Shown: piece by piece, positions 1 through 10,632 of the stretch
Layout: each line of letters starts with the position of its first letter
How positions within the stretch are numbered: position 1 is the stretch's first letter
From: a virus
IMG/VR virus record: IMGVR_UViG_3300036771_000052
Location: 1-64,000 of that record
DNA length: 64,000 nucleotides
Strand: one strand, 5' to 3'
Notes under the pieces: model-generated
The model's input: only the letters and a program-made list of their open reading frames with translations
Told to the model about the DNA's origin: nothing
The model's database searches: none
Position numbers and translations under genes: made by a program

Positions 1-642
1 ACGCGCGACCAACGATCACGCGCTTTTCGTTGTAGTCAGCTTCTACTAGCTTGATAAGCGTTGCGGACCACACCGAATCGGCCGCATGACCGTCCCAATA
101 CTGTGACAATCCCTCGCCGGATTTCTCGAACCGCTCGAAATTGTCCAGATCGTACGTCCACCCGCGGTAACGGAAAAACGTCGCGGATGCGGAACCCTCA
201 TCGATCGCCGACCAGTCGTAGTGGTCGTATTCCTTGCGTTCTTTCTCGGTCAGCTCCCACCCGTCGATTAAATCGCGGGGGACATGGTTAGTGCGGACGG
301 TAATACCGTCGATTTGCCTCATTGTTCGATCCTCTCGGTTTAGTCTGGATGTGTGCGGTTCTAGATATTGGTGATCTGATAGAACCATTCATAGTCGGGG
401 TGAGCGTATACGCGACCATCTAGCACACTGTCGCGTAACGTCCACCCGCCGCGCATGCAACTCGTTTCAAAACGAGCATCAACTGAGCACCAACTCTCCC
501 GTACATAAGGCACCGACGAACGCGACGTTGCCTCCCATACGCGCACGAACACTCGCTTGGGTTCCATCTCTCCTCCAATGTGGGTGTATCTAATGCCGCC
601 ACTAATAAATGGGTTAGTGGCCACACAAGTCACACTCACAAG

Positions 643-1005
643 TCACTCATCCTCGTCTGACTCCCTATCGTCGGACCAATGAAGCCAGAACACAACACGA
701 CTGTCGCCACTGTCAGCGACCCAACACGACCAGTCTTTACCGTACCAAATATTGTGAGACCGCTCGATACTGAAGTCGTGGAGAATAGCGTCAACGGTTG
801 CGCGCATCGAACCGTAATCCTCGTCTGTCCAGTCTTCCTCGGCCATTGCGTCGTTAGCCTCATCGTTGCTATCGGCATACTCGCGCATGTCATTGGCGAG
901 CGCATCCGCGGCCTCATTCCACGTCGCGTACGCGGGTGTGTCGAATTCGGACAGTGTAGAGCGTGACCGTCCGAACATGTTGTGTCCGATAACCCAAGCA
1001 CCCAT
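643..1005 (-). CDS. Small acidic hypothetical protein
   Basis: ATG at 1005 after GAAAGGGAAA RBS; Asp/Glu-rich (EYADSNDEANDAMAEEDWTDEDY). Confidence 0.7.
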   Translation of the reverse strand: MGAWVIGHNMFGRSRSTLSEFDTPAYATWNEAADALANDMREYADSNDEANDAMAEEDWTDEDYGSMRATVDAILHDFSIERSHNIWYGKDWSCWVADSGDSRVVFWLHWSDDRESDEDE

Positions 1006-1023
1006 TGTCGTTTCCCTTTCTCT

Positions 1024-1091
1024 GTTTTGTGTTTTCAACCCGAATTCCCCCGAAAAATTTTGCGGGGGAATTCAGATTCACCACACAAAAC
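1024..1091 (-). promoter_or_regulatory. Conserved intergenic hairpin element, copy 1
   Basis: 11-bp stem 1042-1052/1063-1073 with an A/T loop, flanked by TGTGTGGTGAA and TTGAAAACACA (minus strand). Confidence 0.7.
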
Positions 1092-1421
1092 TTAGTCTTC
1101 CTGCCACTGCTCATCGGACCACAGAAAGAACTCACCCTCGAACCATCCGAATGAGAACCCTTCGGGTGCAACGTTGTCATTGAGCCACTGCTCAACATCA
1201 TCGGACGCATCGTTCAGCGTCCAGTATTCGTCGGTGGTCAACTCCTCACTGTTGGATGCTCCCATGCTGGCCAGATGCTTATCGGCGAGCGCGATAACCT
1301 CCGCGTCGGAATATCCCCACCATTCCGCGCGCTGAACCATATGAGCCACCCCGTATTGTCCCCAATGACCATCAACGTAGCATCCAGTGTCGTCCGCGGT
1401 GAGTTTTACGATTGTCATCAT
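1092..1421 (-). CDS. Small acidic, Trp-rich hypothetical phage protein
   Basis: ORF with RBS; C-terminus WLNDNVAPEGFSFGWFEGEFFLW resembles actinophage orphans. Confidence 0.7.
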   Translation of the reverse strand: MMTIVKLTADDTGCYVDGHWGQYGVAHMVQRAEWWGYSDAEVIALADKHLASMGASNSEELTTDEYWTLNDASDDVEQWLNDNVAPEGFSFGWFEGEFFLWSDEQWQED

Positions 1422-2128
1422 GACTCTCTCTTTCTGTGTTGGTCGTTCGGTTACCGCTAACCACTCACACAATGTTGAGTGGCCGCGGTACACCTAACGA
1501 TCAATCCCACTCACCCGCACCATCAAGTGCGGGAACATCTTGGATGCCAATCAGTTGGCATGTCTCGGCGACATAACCAAGATGTTCCAATTGGCGCGCC
1601 GCGGCGTAAGCTATCTCCGGTGAACGAAACGGACCCACTACCACCGATTCCGCCGCGAATGGACTGGTCCCGATTACTACGTCCATTCAAGTAAACCTTT
1701 CTCCCGTTGACACTCGTCACACCATTCTAGCGGGTGTGACAGCCACGATAACGCGGTCGAATATTTCTCATGCGAGATTATCCAGCCGTGTTCCTCGCAG
1801 ACTGTCTGCCAGCGACCAGCGTCGGTATCCATTCCCTCGGTGATACCGTCATAGAGGCCAACTAGATGACCGGTCTCACGGCAGCGACGCTGGATACGTA
1901 GGCCGCTCATTTTTAGGTCATCCAGCCGTTGGCATAACCGACTTGCTGGACTGTGAGATAGTAACGTACTAGCGGATGCTCGTTGTACTGAGGATTGATA
2001 CCCTGGAATCCGTCACTGAACGTGAGTACGAACTCTGCGGGTATTGCGGCGTGCGCCGATTCCATTTCTCGCCGCCAATTTTGTTCGTGCGCAGAACTTT
2101 TGAATGCGACCATTGTTTTCCTCGTTTC

Positions 2129-2199
2129 TGTGTTTTCAATCCCTGATATCCCCCACAAAATTTTCGGGGGGATATCAGAGGTTCACCACACACAAACAG
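2129..2199 (-). promoter_or_regulatory. Conserved intergenic hairpin element, copy 2
   Basis: 12-bp stem 2143-2154/2167-2178; same flanking motifs as copy 1. Confidence 0.7.
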
Positions 2200-2531
2200 T
2201 CACCACACAAGCGCATGAGTAGTCGGTGAGCACTCCTCAATACGTACCGTCTCCGGTAGGTTGAAACCTTGGGACGCGGCATCCAACATTTCCGCGCCAG
2301 ACCAGCTCCACAAACGACCGTGCCACGTATCGGCGACGGTCACGTATACAGTGTTCACCGATTCGGTGAACACGGCAGATTTGAGTACGGCGATGTATTC
2401 GCGGAGAGAGTCCATATTAGACCAGTCGTACGGTCCGTTCGTCTCCTCCTGTTCCACCCGCTCAGCCTGACGTTCTTTAGCCTTGACGATGATCTGAGCG
2501 GCGATACTCGATACGTTCACTTTTCTCCTCC

Positions 2532-2597
2532 TTGTGTCGTCAAGTACCTAGCCTCCAATTTTTTCGGGGGAGGCTAGGACATTCACCACACAAACAG
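2532..2597 (-). promoter_or_regulatory. Conserved intergenic hairpin element, copy 3
   Basis: 10-bp stem 2547-2556/2569-2578; TGTGTGGTGAA...TTGACGACACAA flanks; directly upstream of a GGAGGAG RBS. Confidence 0.7.
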
Positions 2598-3822
2598 AAC
2601 TCACCGATACATACGGTGACCATACTGGCGGATAATTTCCGCCACGTCATCGTGTTCATTCACCACTAAACCCATAGCGTGAGACAGACTCTCTCGCGTG
2701 ATCTCCTCACCAGTCTCCCGCGCCAACAGGTAGGCCAACCGCCACGCTACCGGCGCGCAATCCTCGGAAGTGCTGCCGTAGCGCGAGAAACACCGTAGAT
2801 GACCGGCGCGGTTAGTGCCGTTGCATGTTTCACACTGGTCGGGTGCAACCGCGCGGCCACCATTCCAGTGGACACCGTGATCATCGGCGCATTGAGTGAG
2901 GTAGGCGATTCCTTCAGATTTACGCATGACATGCTCTTTTCTCTTCGTGTGTCTGGCACTCACTAGACGCTACCGACCAGCGGCAGCGTCGTTTGCGCGT
3001 CAGATAACAGGTTTCAAATTAGCGGCAAGCGGATTCAACACAACCGTCAACACACACCAATGGTTCAGATCGGTGACCGGGTCGCGTAGTTTCGCCGAGA
3101 TGAGAAACGGATACGCGAATTCGTCATCCGCCAGCATGACATCGGCGAAGCTAGCCGCGGAACGAATGTTCGGGAACGCGATATCCCATTCACCCGTCAC
3201 GGTGTCGCCGTGGATCATTCCGCCATATCCCTGAACCATCTTCGGCAGCAGAGAAACGACAGTCTCATAGTCGGTCATCATTCGATCCTTCCCATGGTTA
3301 CAGACAGTAACTTCGCCGGGTAAAACTAGGAAAAAAATTCCTGGCGTACTGATAGCGCCAACACTCAAACCAGGTTTGAGCGCGACGCTAACGGTACGAT
3401 CACTCAATGATGCGCCACCACGACGCCAAACGATTACCCTGCACAGTCCACTCATTCCCGCGGAGCAAACCACACGTCACATGGTTGACACCCATAGCGT
3501 GAATTTTGTCCGCGTTCTCAACAGTACCGACAAACCAATAAACCGGACCGTACTCCGCGTACCGATCAACGCGTTCAACAACATGCCGTTCACCCAAGCG
3601 AATCAACATATCGTAGTTGAGAATCAAGTCACCCTCTCGTAGCTGTGACGTGTCCACCGATTCACCTTTACGAGTGTCGACACCCGCAGTCAATGCGCGT
3701 GTCTCTGCATACAACTTTTCGATGAACTGTTCATCCGTCATTGTCTTTCTCTTTTCTCTCGGAAAAACCATTCGGCGACCCACCCCTAACGGGTGGGCCA
3801 GCCTGACGACCATTCCGTGAGA

Positions 3823-4365
3823 CTAAACCTTACCGGCGCATACCGGACCAATACCGGCCGCAACACTATCACCGGCGTCTAAACGGCGACCACAAACCAC
3901 ACAATAACCGTGGACAGTGGACAGTTCTTGCGCACGCTCAGCAGACACCCTGTCCGTAGTGCGAAGGAACGGAACGACACCAAAATACTTGTATTTAGCG
4001 TCAATCACCGTACCCGCTTCAGTCAAACGAGTCGACCCGGTAGGCGTGAGAACCTTCCCGTACAAAAAACCAGACGTCTTAGACCGAACCACCTGATACA
4101 CCGAACCATCCCGTTCGTAGATACCGGGCTCGATAACCTCACTCCCGGGACTGACAGCCACGCTGACAGCCGTATCGGGGGTGGTCGGTACCTCAACCAC
4201 CGGACAGTCCAGCAAGACGCCTATCGCCTTACTGGCGTCCCTAGACGACATGTCCGTGATCCGCTGCTCAATCCACAAACGGACCGCAGGAGAAACCACC
4301 CTGCCATCGAGCAACGAACGAATAAACCGATCCTGCTTGACCGTGATCATCTTCACCGCATACAT
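3823..4365 (-). CDS. DUF6011-type zinc-finger domain protein
   Basis: C-terminal CVVCGRRLDAGDSVAAGIGPVC matches the CxxCGRxL...SxxxGIGPxC pattern. Confidence 0.75.
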   Translation of the reverse strand: MYAVKMITVKQDRFIRSLLDGRVVSPAVRLWIEQRITDMSSRDASKAIGVLLDCPVVEVPTTPDTAVSVAVSPGSEVIEPGIYERDGSVYQVVRSKTSGFLYGKVLTPTGSTRLTEAGTVIDAKYKYFGVVPFLRTTDRVSAERAQELSTVHGYCVVCGRRLDAGDSVAAGIGPVCAGKV

Positions 4366-5209
4366 CGTATGACCTTTCTCTGACTGCCATCCGGTAAACC
4401 AGTCAACGCGCGCTCAACCAAACGAACGCGCGCTCACCTACCTACCGAATCACTGGTAATACGGCATACCATCCGCACCCGACTCCGCACCAAACTGGTA
4501 AAAGTCATCCATAAACTGGGCGACCCCACCCGAATAATGCCGCCGAATACCATTAACCACCTGCCTATCAGACAACGACGCCAACACCTCATCATCCAGA
4601 TCATCCCACACACAATCACTAATCCAACCACGCATCTCAGCCAACAAATCAGCATCAAACGACATCGGCGGAGCAAACGGTGCAGTCATGACATTCTCTC
4701 CATTCTAGGAAACGACCGTGCGGGAAACGACGAAACATACATCCAAGTGTCTCGCACGCGCGTAGGCGTGCAGTGCTGTGACCTGCGGTTATGTGGTGAT
4801 CATGTGCGCTATTGGGTGTGCTGGTGATGCGCACGGATAGCTAATGCGCATAGGTTCGCGCACATGATCGTTTGGGTGCCACCTGCATAAACGTCGCACC
4901 TGACAGCGGTTGTTGATGTTGTGCGTATACGATCGTTGCCGCACATGATCAAACGAGTTGCTGAAACATCGTGTGTGCGGTTAGTTCGTTGCTGCGCTGG
5001 ACTACGATGCGTGCGCATGCCGTAACTACGGCTTCCGAACCCCTGACAGCCGCGTAGAACGGTGTAGGGTCATCGGCGTCCCAATTGTCTAGGCACGCCG
5101 CATTGAGGGTGTCGCGCTGGATTAGCGCCTCAGCGAGGCGGGTGATTGCTTGCTCGCGGGATTGAGTGAGGAATGACTTTCTGGGGTCGAACATGATCAT
5201 CTTCCTTTC

Positions 5210-5685
5210 TGGGGTACATGACCGATGATCATGAGGGCCGAGGAAATGATCTCGGTTCATGATCATGATCATCAAACCTCAAATTCTTGATGATCTTGAT
5301 CTCGACTCCAACGAGTTTGCGGCTCAACACTGATCCTCGAAGATGATCTACGCTTTCTGGCTGGACCGGACTCTCAGCGGCGCAATCGCCGATGATCTTT
5401 ACACGGGACCTGCAACCGGTCCGACCTCTCCGGCTGCCGTTACCACGCGGGGTCGCGGGTTCCGACGATCCAAGATCATCTCCCGATGATCAAGGACCCA
5501 TTACTTGGGCGTAGATCAACTCCGTCAGTGCCTCGCGGCCTTTCTGGAGTCGCCGGTCCAAAAGGACCGTGAGGTTGATCTTGTGGATGACCTCCTTGAT
5601 CATCCGTAGGGGGGTGTGATGATCGCTCCCGCTCGCCCGCGGGACCCCGACCCCTTCGCCTCTTTGCTTCCCTCTTTCCGATCTA
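5210..5685 (-). ncRNA. Candidate large structured ncRNA or leader RNA
   Basis: No credible ORF; nested complementary pairs 5275-5281/5570-5576, 5303-5310/5545-5552, 5328-5333/5525-5530, 5344-5353/5509-5518; lies just downstream of a consensus promoter. Confidence 0.55.
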
Positions 5686-5690
5686 CTACA

Positions 5691-5719
5691 AGACTACAGT
5701 GCCAGTGGTCGGATGTCAA
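5691..5719 (-). promoter_or_regulatory. Sigma-A/HrdB-type promoter
   Basis: TTGACA-17 nt-TAGTCT on the minus strand. Confidence 0.8.
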
Positions 5720-5770
5720 CGAAGACCACCCATTCGGCCTAGCGGGGTCCGTTTCCGCCGGTCAGAGGCT

Positions 5771-5898
5771 CTCAGTTGATCTCAGTTGATCACTCATGAT
5801 CTGAATTGATCGTTTGATGATCCATTAGAATTCTCAGTTGATCATCAGTTGATCACAAGTGGATCAATTCGGATCTTCAGTTGATCACTCGTGATCTT
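5771..5898. repeat. Helically phased GATC array
   Basis: GATC at 5778, 5788, 5798, 5808, 5819, 5840, 5851, 5862, 5872, 5883, 5893; five exact TCAGTTGATC copies. Confidence 0.9.
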
Positions 5899-6039
5899 CA
5901 CCCAAACGGGTGACTGCGGTGAACGACGTTTCGTTAGCTAACGAAACGATCCCCCCTCATGATCAGATATATGATATAACAGGGCAAGGGTTACGGATTG
6001 TCCGTATTTTTTGGTGTAGGCGTACGTTTCAAAATTTGT

Positions 6040-6927
6040 CTAGACGGCGTGTTTTTCGAGGTAGTTGGCGGCTTTTTCGAGTAGTTCTGGGTTGTCGTTG
6101 TAGTAGCCTAGCATGCTGTTGCAGTTGTTGCAGAGTAGTTCTCTGGTTTGGTTTGTGGTGTGGTCGTGGTCGACGGCTAGGCGTTTAATTTTCCCGTTGA
6201 GAGTCGCGGTTTCGGGTTGTTGGCAGATGGCGCAGAGGTTGTTTTGGTGTTCGGCCATCTGATTGTATTGTTGTTTGGATAGTCCTGTGCGTTTGGCGTG
6301 CTGTCGTAGTGGTGCGTGTTCGGGTCCGCAGTAGTTTTTGCGTCGGTCGGTGAGTGCTGTTCCGCATGAACATCGCTTGGGTGGTGTTGTTTTTTGGCTG
6401 GGTCGGTGTTCGGGTCGGCAGTAGGTTTTTGGTCGTCCTTCCTTGGTGTTGAGGGGGATGGTGGCGCCGCATCGGCACTTGGCTGGTTCAGCGGTTTGCG
6501 CTTGTTCCCAGAGTTGGGTGGCGCGTTGGCGGCTGATGTCGAGGCGTTTGGCGATGGTGCCGTAAGAGTCTCCTTGTTTACGCCACTTGAGGATTTGTCG
6601 TGAGCGTAGCGGCAGTCGTGTGTTTTCTGAGGTAGCAGGCTGCTGCTCGGAGGGTGTTGGGGTTGTCTTTGGCGTATCCGAGTCCGCGGTTGCAGTTGCC
6701 GCATAGGAGGTCTCGGGTCTTGTTGGTTGTGTGGCAGTGGTCGATGTGGAGTCGACGACTGCCAGGGTTGGTCTTGCCGCAGATGGCGCAGAGATGCCTC
6801 TGTTTGGCCGCCATTTGGTCGTAGAGCTTCTGGCGAGCCTTGGCCGCTCTCTCACATTGGGGACAGGGTCGTTGAGGCTTAGCGGTCGCGTCAGGCCGTT
6901 TACATGTTTTGCAGGTGTATCGCACAC
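6040..6927 (-). CDS. HTH + endonuclease VII domain protein (start uncertain)
   Basis: HTH-like GDSYGTIAKRLDISRQRATQL, two CxCG...YC units, EndoVII motif CAIC...LAVDHDH...RELLCNNCN. Confidence 0.75.
   Translation of the reverse strand: MCDTPAKHVNGLTRPLSLNDPVPNVRERPRLARSSTTKWRPNRGISAPSAARPTLAVVDSTSTTATQPTRPETSYAATATADSDTPKTTPTPSEQQPATSENTRLPLRSRQILKWRKQGDSYGTIAKRLDISRQRATQLWEQAQTAEPAKCRCGATIPLNTKEGRPKTYCRPEHRPSQKTTPPKRCSCGTALTDRRKNYCGPEHAPLRQHAKRTGLSKQQYNQMAEHQNNLCAICQQPETATLNGKIKRLAVDHDHTTNQTRELLCNNCNSMLGYYNDNPELLEKAANYLEKHAV
6578..6925 (-). CDS. Endonuclease VII domain protein
   Basis: CAICG...LHIDHCH...RDLLCGNCNRGLG...LRAAACYL. Confidence 0.8.
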   Translation of the reverse strand: MRYTCKTCKRPDATAKPQRPCPQCERAAKARQKLYDQMAAKQRHLCAICGKTNPGSRRLHIDHCHTTNKTRDLLCGNCNRGLGYAKDNPNTLRAAACYLRKHTTAATLTTNPQVA

Positions 6928-6951
6928 ATCGTCAAGCTAATGTGTGTGCTG

Positions 6952-7398
6952 TCAAATTCTTTTATTGGGGTGGTTTTTTTTGGTGTGGAGTTTGCCGGCG
7001 CCTTCTTTGCGGTAGCAGCCGCAGGAGAATGTTTTGTGGTTTTTGAGGTTTTTGATGGTGACGTTGACTTGGTTTCCGCAGGTGCAGAGGCATTGGATGG
7101 TTCGGTCGTGGCCGGGTTGGGGTGTTCCGGTGACGGTGAGTCGTCCGAAGATGTCGCCGATTTCGGGGTCGCCGTCGCGTTGGGTGGTGGCTTTGGGTCG
7201 TTGTTTTGTCCAGCTGGCGGATTTGAGGATGTCGTCTCGTAGGCAGCCGCAGGATTGGGTTTGTCCGGATGTGAGGTGGTTGCGCCACACGGTTTTTATG
7301 GTTCCGCAGTCGCAGTAGACTTCTACTTTGTCGCCTTGTTGGTTGGGGTCGAGGACGGTGAGTCGTCCGTAGCGGGTGTTGAGGGTCCAGTTGGCCAT
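6952..7398 (-). CDS. Two tandem Zn-binding repeats of the type found in phage HNH/AP2 endonucleases; probably leaderless
   Basis: Two GRLTV...CxCG...SCGC units; TGGTACACT -10 box 6 nt before the ATG. Confidence 0.75.
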   Translation of the reverse strand: MANWTLNTRYGRLTVLDPNQQGDKVEVYCDCGTIKTVWRNHLTSGQTQSCGCLRDDILKSASWTKQRPKATTQRDGDPEIGDIFGRLTVTGTPQPGHDRTIQCLCTCGNQVNVTIKNLKNHKTFSCGCYRKEGAGKLHTKKNHPNKRI

Positions 7399-10263
7399 CC
7401 CGAGAGTGTACCATGCTTGTCGTCGGATGTGGTGGCAGGGACCACCCCGAGAGAGGTGATGGTCCCTGCCGGTCTAGAAGACGGGGACAGGACACGCCTT
7501 CCGCGTACCTGGAGACCATCCTGGATCGTCACGGCACCCCGCCGCTCCTCGGGACCGCGTCTCCTGGTCCGGAACCCCCTCTAGGCGGTTCGTGGGGAAG
7601 CCTGCCACACCCTGTGAGCTGTGTCTATGGGTCAAATGTCGCCGATTTTAGGGTCCGTTCGGTCGTGTGTTAGTGTCTGCGGGTCTCCCGGGATGGCTCC
7701 GACTCAACGGTCCGGGGTGGGGAGGCGCGGAGCAGAGGGTCAACCCTCTTGTCTTCCCCAACGTCCCGGGGGACGTCCCGAACAGTCACATTTGGTACAT
7801 CTGGGGTTGACGGGGGTTCCGTCGTCTCGCCATCTTCCGTCGCTGTGATCCACCAAAGAATGTCCACATGGGATCGGAGCGGGACACGCTAGACTTCCCG
7901 TGTAGCGGTCCTCCCGGCGGCGTTCCGCCTCATACACTCGTGGGGGGAGGGTTTGTTCGTCTACGTGGCGTTGAGCGGCTCTCAGAGCCATCTTTTTCCA
8001 TGGGTAGGGAGCTGTGGTGTATCCGCAGATGCAGTTGGCTTGCCATAGGGTTGCTTCGACGGTTTTCCCGTTGTATTTCGCGGGGAGTCGGATTTGGTAG
8101 GGTTCGCCGGGTTGATGTTTTTTCGTGGTGATTTCCCCGGGAAACCACTCTAGTTTACTTCTGTCTTCCCACCAGCGGCCCTGGCAGTCGTCGCATCCGC
8201 AGTTTTTCTCGTGATCTGTCACTTCTGTTTACCCCTGTCCCAAAAATGGTAGTTGGCCACCGTCCCAGTCTCCGGTTAGCCGATCTCGACCGTCACATCA
8301 GAGTCGCCGTCTTCCGAGATCACCCACTCCACGCTCATCACCCGATACGTACTCTCCCCGGGAAGGGTGACATACTCCCCCACGGCCGGAACCTGCCGCA
8401 TGCGACAGAACCTAGAGACACCTTTGATGGGGATGATCTGTACACGAATCATTCTTCTCCTTTCGGACTTTTGAGGGTGGCGCAGCAAATGTAACGAATC
8501 CGGCGGCGCAGGAGGATACGTCGCCACCAGGGTCCCACAAGCGCTCGCGTAGCCACGTTCACGGCTTCCCACCAGGTTTCAGCATCCACATCGATCGTGA
8601 CCTGGTAGACCATTCGGTAGCGAGTCATTCTTCCCCCGGGAAAAACGCGCCGCACTTGCAACACTGATTGTCGTAGTCGGCACACCGGCAACACCATCCC
8701 TGGGGACACTTTTCTTCGGTCATCCAAGGTTCCCTGCGTACGATGCGGACGAGCTCGTCAAGTTCTTCGTCGCTCAAATGTTTCCCGGACCACCTCAGTT
8801 CTTGTCGTGTGATGCGTCGGCGTAGCGCTTTCTCTGATCGGTGACGCCAGTACCATCTGCGCAGCCAAGTCATCGTTGTCTCCTGATCTCCCGGCGGATG
8901 CGCCTCAACCAGACGAGCAGCGGAACCCCGGTGACCGCAAAGCAGCCGGCGGCGATCAAAACAACGTTGGTCGCTAGGGAGCGGTCCGGGTAGGCATAGA
9001 TGCCGTAGACGACGACGGAGATGAAGCACAACGCTTGGCTGATCCACAACACGGTGAGCAGTAGCGCGGTGCCTTCCTCAGACTTCACGAGAGTCACTCT
9101 TTTCCTCTCGTTTCTCCCAGAATCCCGGCGAGATTTCTTCGTAGTCTCCTTCCGTGACCCATTCTTCCGCGATCTCCTGAGACACCTGAAAATAGGTGAT
9201 CTTGTCGGTCCCGAACGGGTGGTACGGGGGTATCTTCACCGCGTCGTTGTCGACTTTCACGTACGCGTGGCAGCCGTCGACCAAAGCGATGTAGTGGCGT
9301 TGGGTCATTCTTCCTCCGGTTCGTTGGGAGCTACCGCCGCCGCCACCGCGAGAACAGCGTGGACCAGCGCATGCGTGAGCGCCGTAGTGGGATGTCCGGG
9401 TTCCGCATCGAGCGCGACCTGGAGTAGTTCCTCCGCGAGCTTGTAGTGTTCCGGACCGTTCACCGAACCCTAACCTTTCTCGTCATGTTTCGCGTCGTCG
9501 ACCTGGGGTGTTGTCTCCGGGGGTGGCATGTCTCCACCGGCGGGTAAGCGGTGCCACGCAGTGTGGAGGGTGCGGTCTTTGACCAGTGCGCCGCATGTGT
9601 TGCAGCTATAGTGGAACGTGCCGAAGTTTTGCGCTTCCTCGTAGTCGTCGTTCATTTTTCTCCTTCTTTTTCGCCGGGAGAACCATCGTTCTCCCGGTTC
9701 ATGACCGGCAGATAGGACAGTCGCAGCACACACAGTTGTCCTCCGGGTCACATAGACACGGACGTTTCTCGCCGGGAGAGTTCTCCTCTTTCAAGTCGGG
9801 ACGCTCCCTCCACCATCGAGCGAAGTCGTCGTCTTGCTCCCAAGTCACTTCACGCTCACCTCAATCACGTGAAAGTCAGAGTCGGCACTCGCCAAATGCA
9901 TGCTGATGGTCCTGAACAACTGCTCCGGGTTTTTCGCCTCGATGTGAAGATCACAGTTCTGCTCCTGGCATTCGAGCATGTACTCGACTCCGTCTTCTTT
10001 CACCGAGTAGAACGACAGTTTCATTTCACCATCCGCCAACGTCCATCCCTCACTTCGAACAGAGTGAAACACTTCGGACACGTCCACGTGTCCGGCTTCG
10101 GGTTGAGTCCCCACGTCAGCTCGAACGGGTGACCACAGATTGGTTCACCTTTCTCTTTTTTGCCGGTGGAGAATGGGATGGGGAGTGCGGCCATCGCGTA
10201 GAAGCAGCCGGCGAGAACCACCAGAATCAACGCCAGTACGATGTCGATCATGGGTTCCTCGGC

Positions 10264-10632
10264 TCACTCATCGGCCAGCCGTTCACGTAGCCGCGCGATC
10301 TTGTCCTTCAAGTCAACTTTCTCCTTCTGTAGATGATCAAGACGTAGATCAACGCCTTCGAGCTTCTCCTGAGCTTCCGCGAGCTCATCTTCGAGGTTCG
10401 GCAGATATCCGACGACCATGCTGTCGATCGACTCGCCGAGGACGCTGACGATTTTCGCGGCGTCGCCGAGCCGGATCGAACGTAAACCTGTCTCCATATT
10501 ACTGATTGCTGAGCAGTGGACGCCTAGTCGCGCGGCGAGCTCCGTCTGGGTGAGGCCGAGGCTTTCCCGGTGGTGGCGCATCCATCGGCCGAACATTTTT
10601 TCCGCCGGGGAGAGTTTGGGTTTGTTGCTCAT
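10264..10632 (-). CDS. XRE-family HTH regulator with C-terminal coiled coil
   Basis: RESLGLTQTELAARLGVHCSAISNMETG. Confidence 0.85.
   Translation of the reverse strand: MSNKPKLSPAEKMFGRWMRHHRESLGLTQTELAARLGVHCSAISNMETGLRSIRLGDAAKIVSVLGESIDSMVVGYLPNLEDELAEAQEKLEGVDLRLDHLQKEKVDLKDKIARLRERLADE

Larger units (their letters stand above)
361..5200 (-). other. Cluster of ~14 small co-oriented orphan ORFs (putative early / host-takeover region)
   Basis: Closely packed minus-strand ORFs, most with purine-rich RBS: 361-639, 643-1005, 1092-1421, 1501-1686, 1677-1910, 1913-2113, 2200-2520, 2601-2927, 3000-3281, 3400-3741, 3823-4365, 4450-4689, 4949-5200; downstream of the promoter at 5691-5719. Confidence 0.75.

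Noticed and set aside
1024-2597. Integron attC sites
   Set aside because: They lack the RYYYAAC...GTTRRRY arrangement in gene orientation, and the integrase is phage-type and distant
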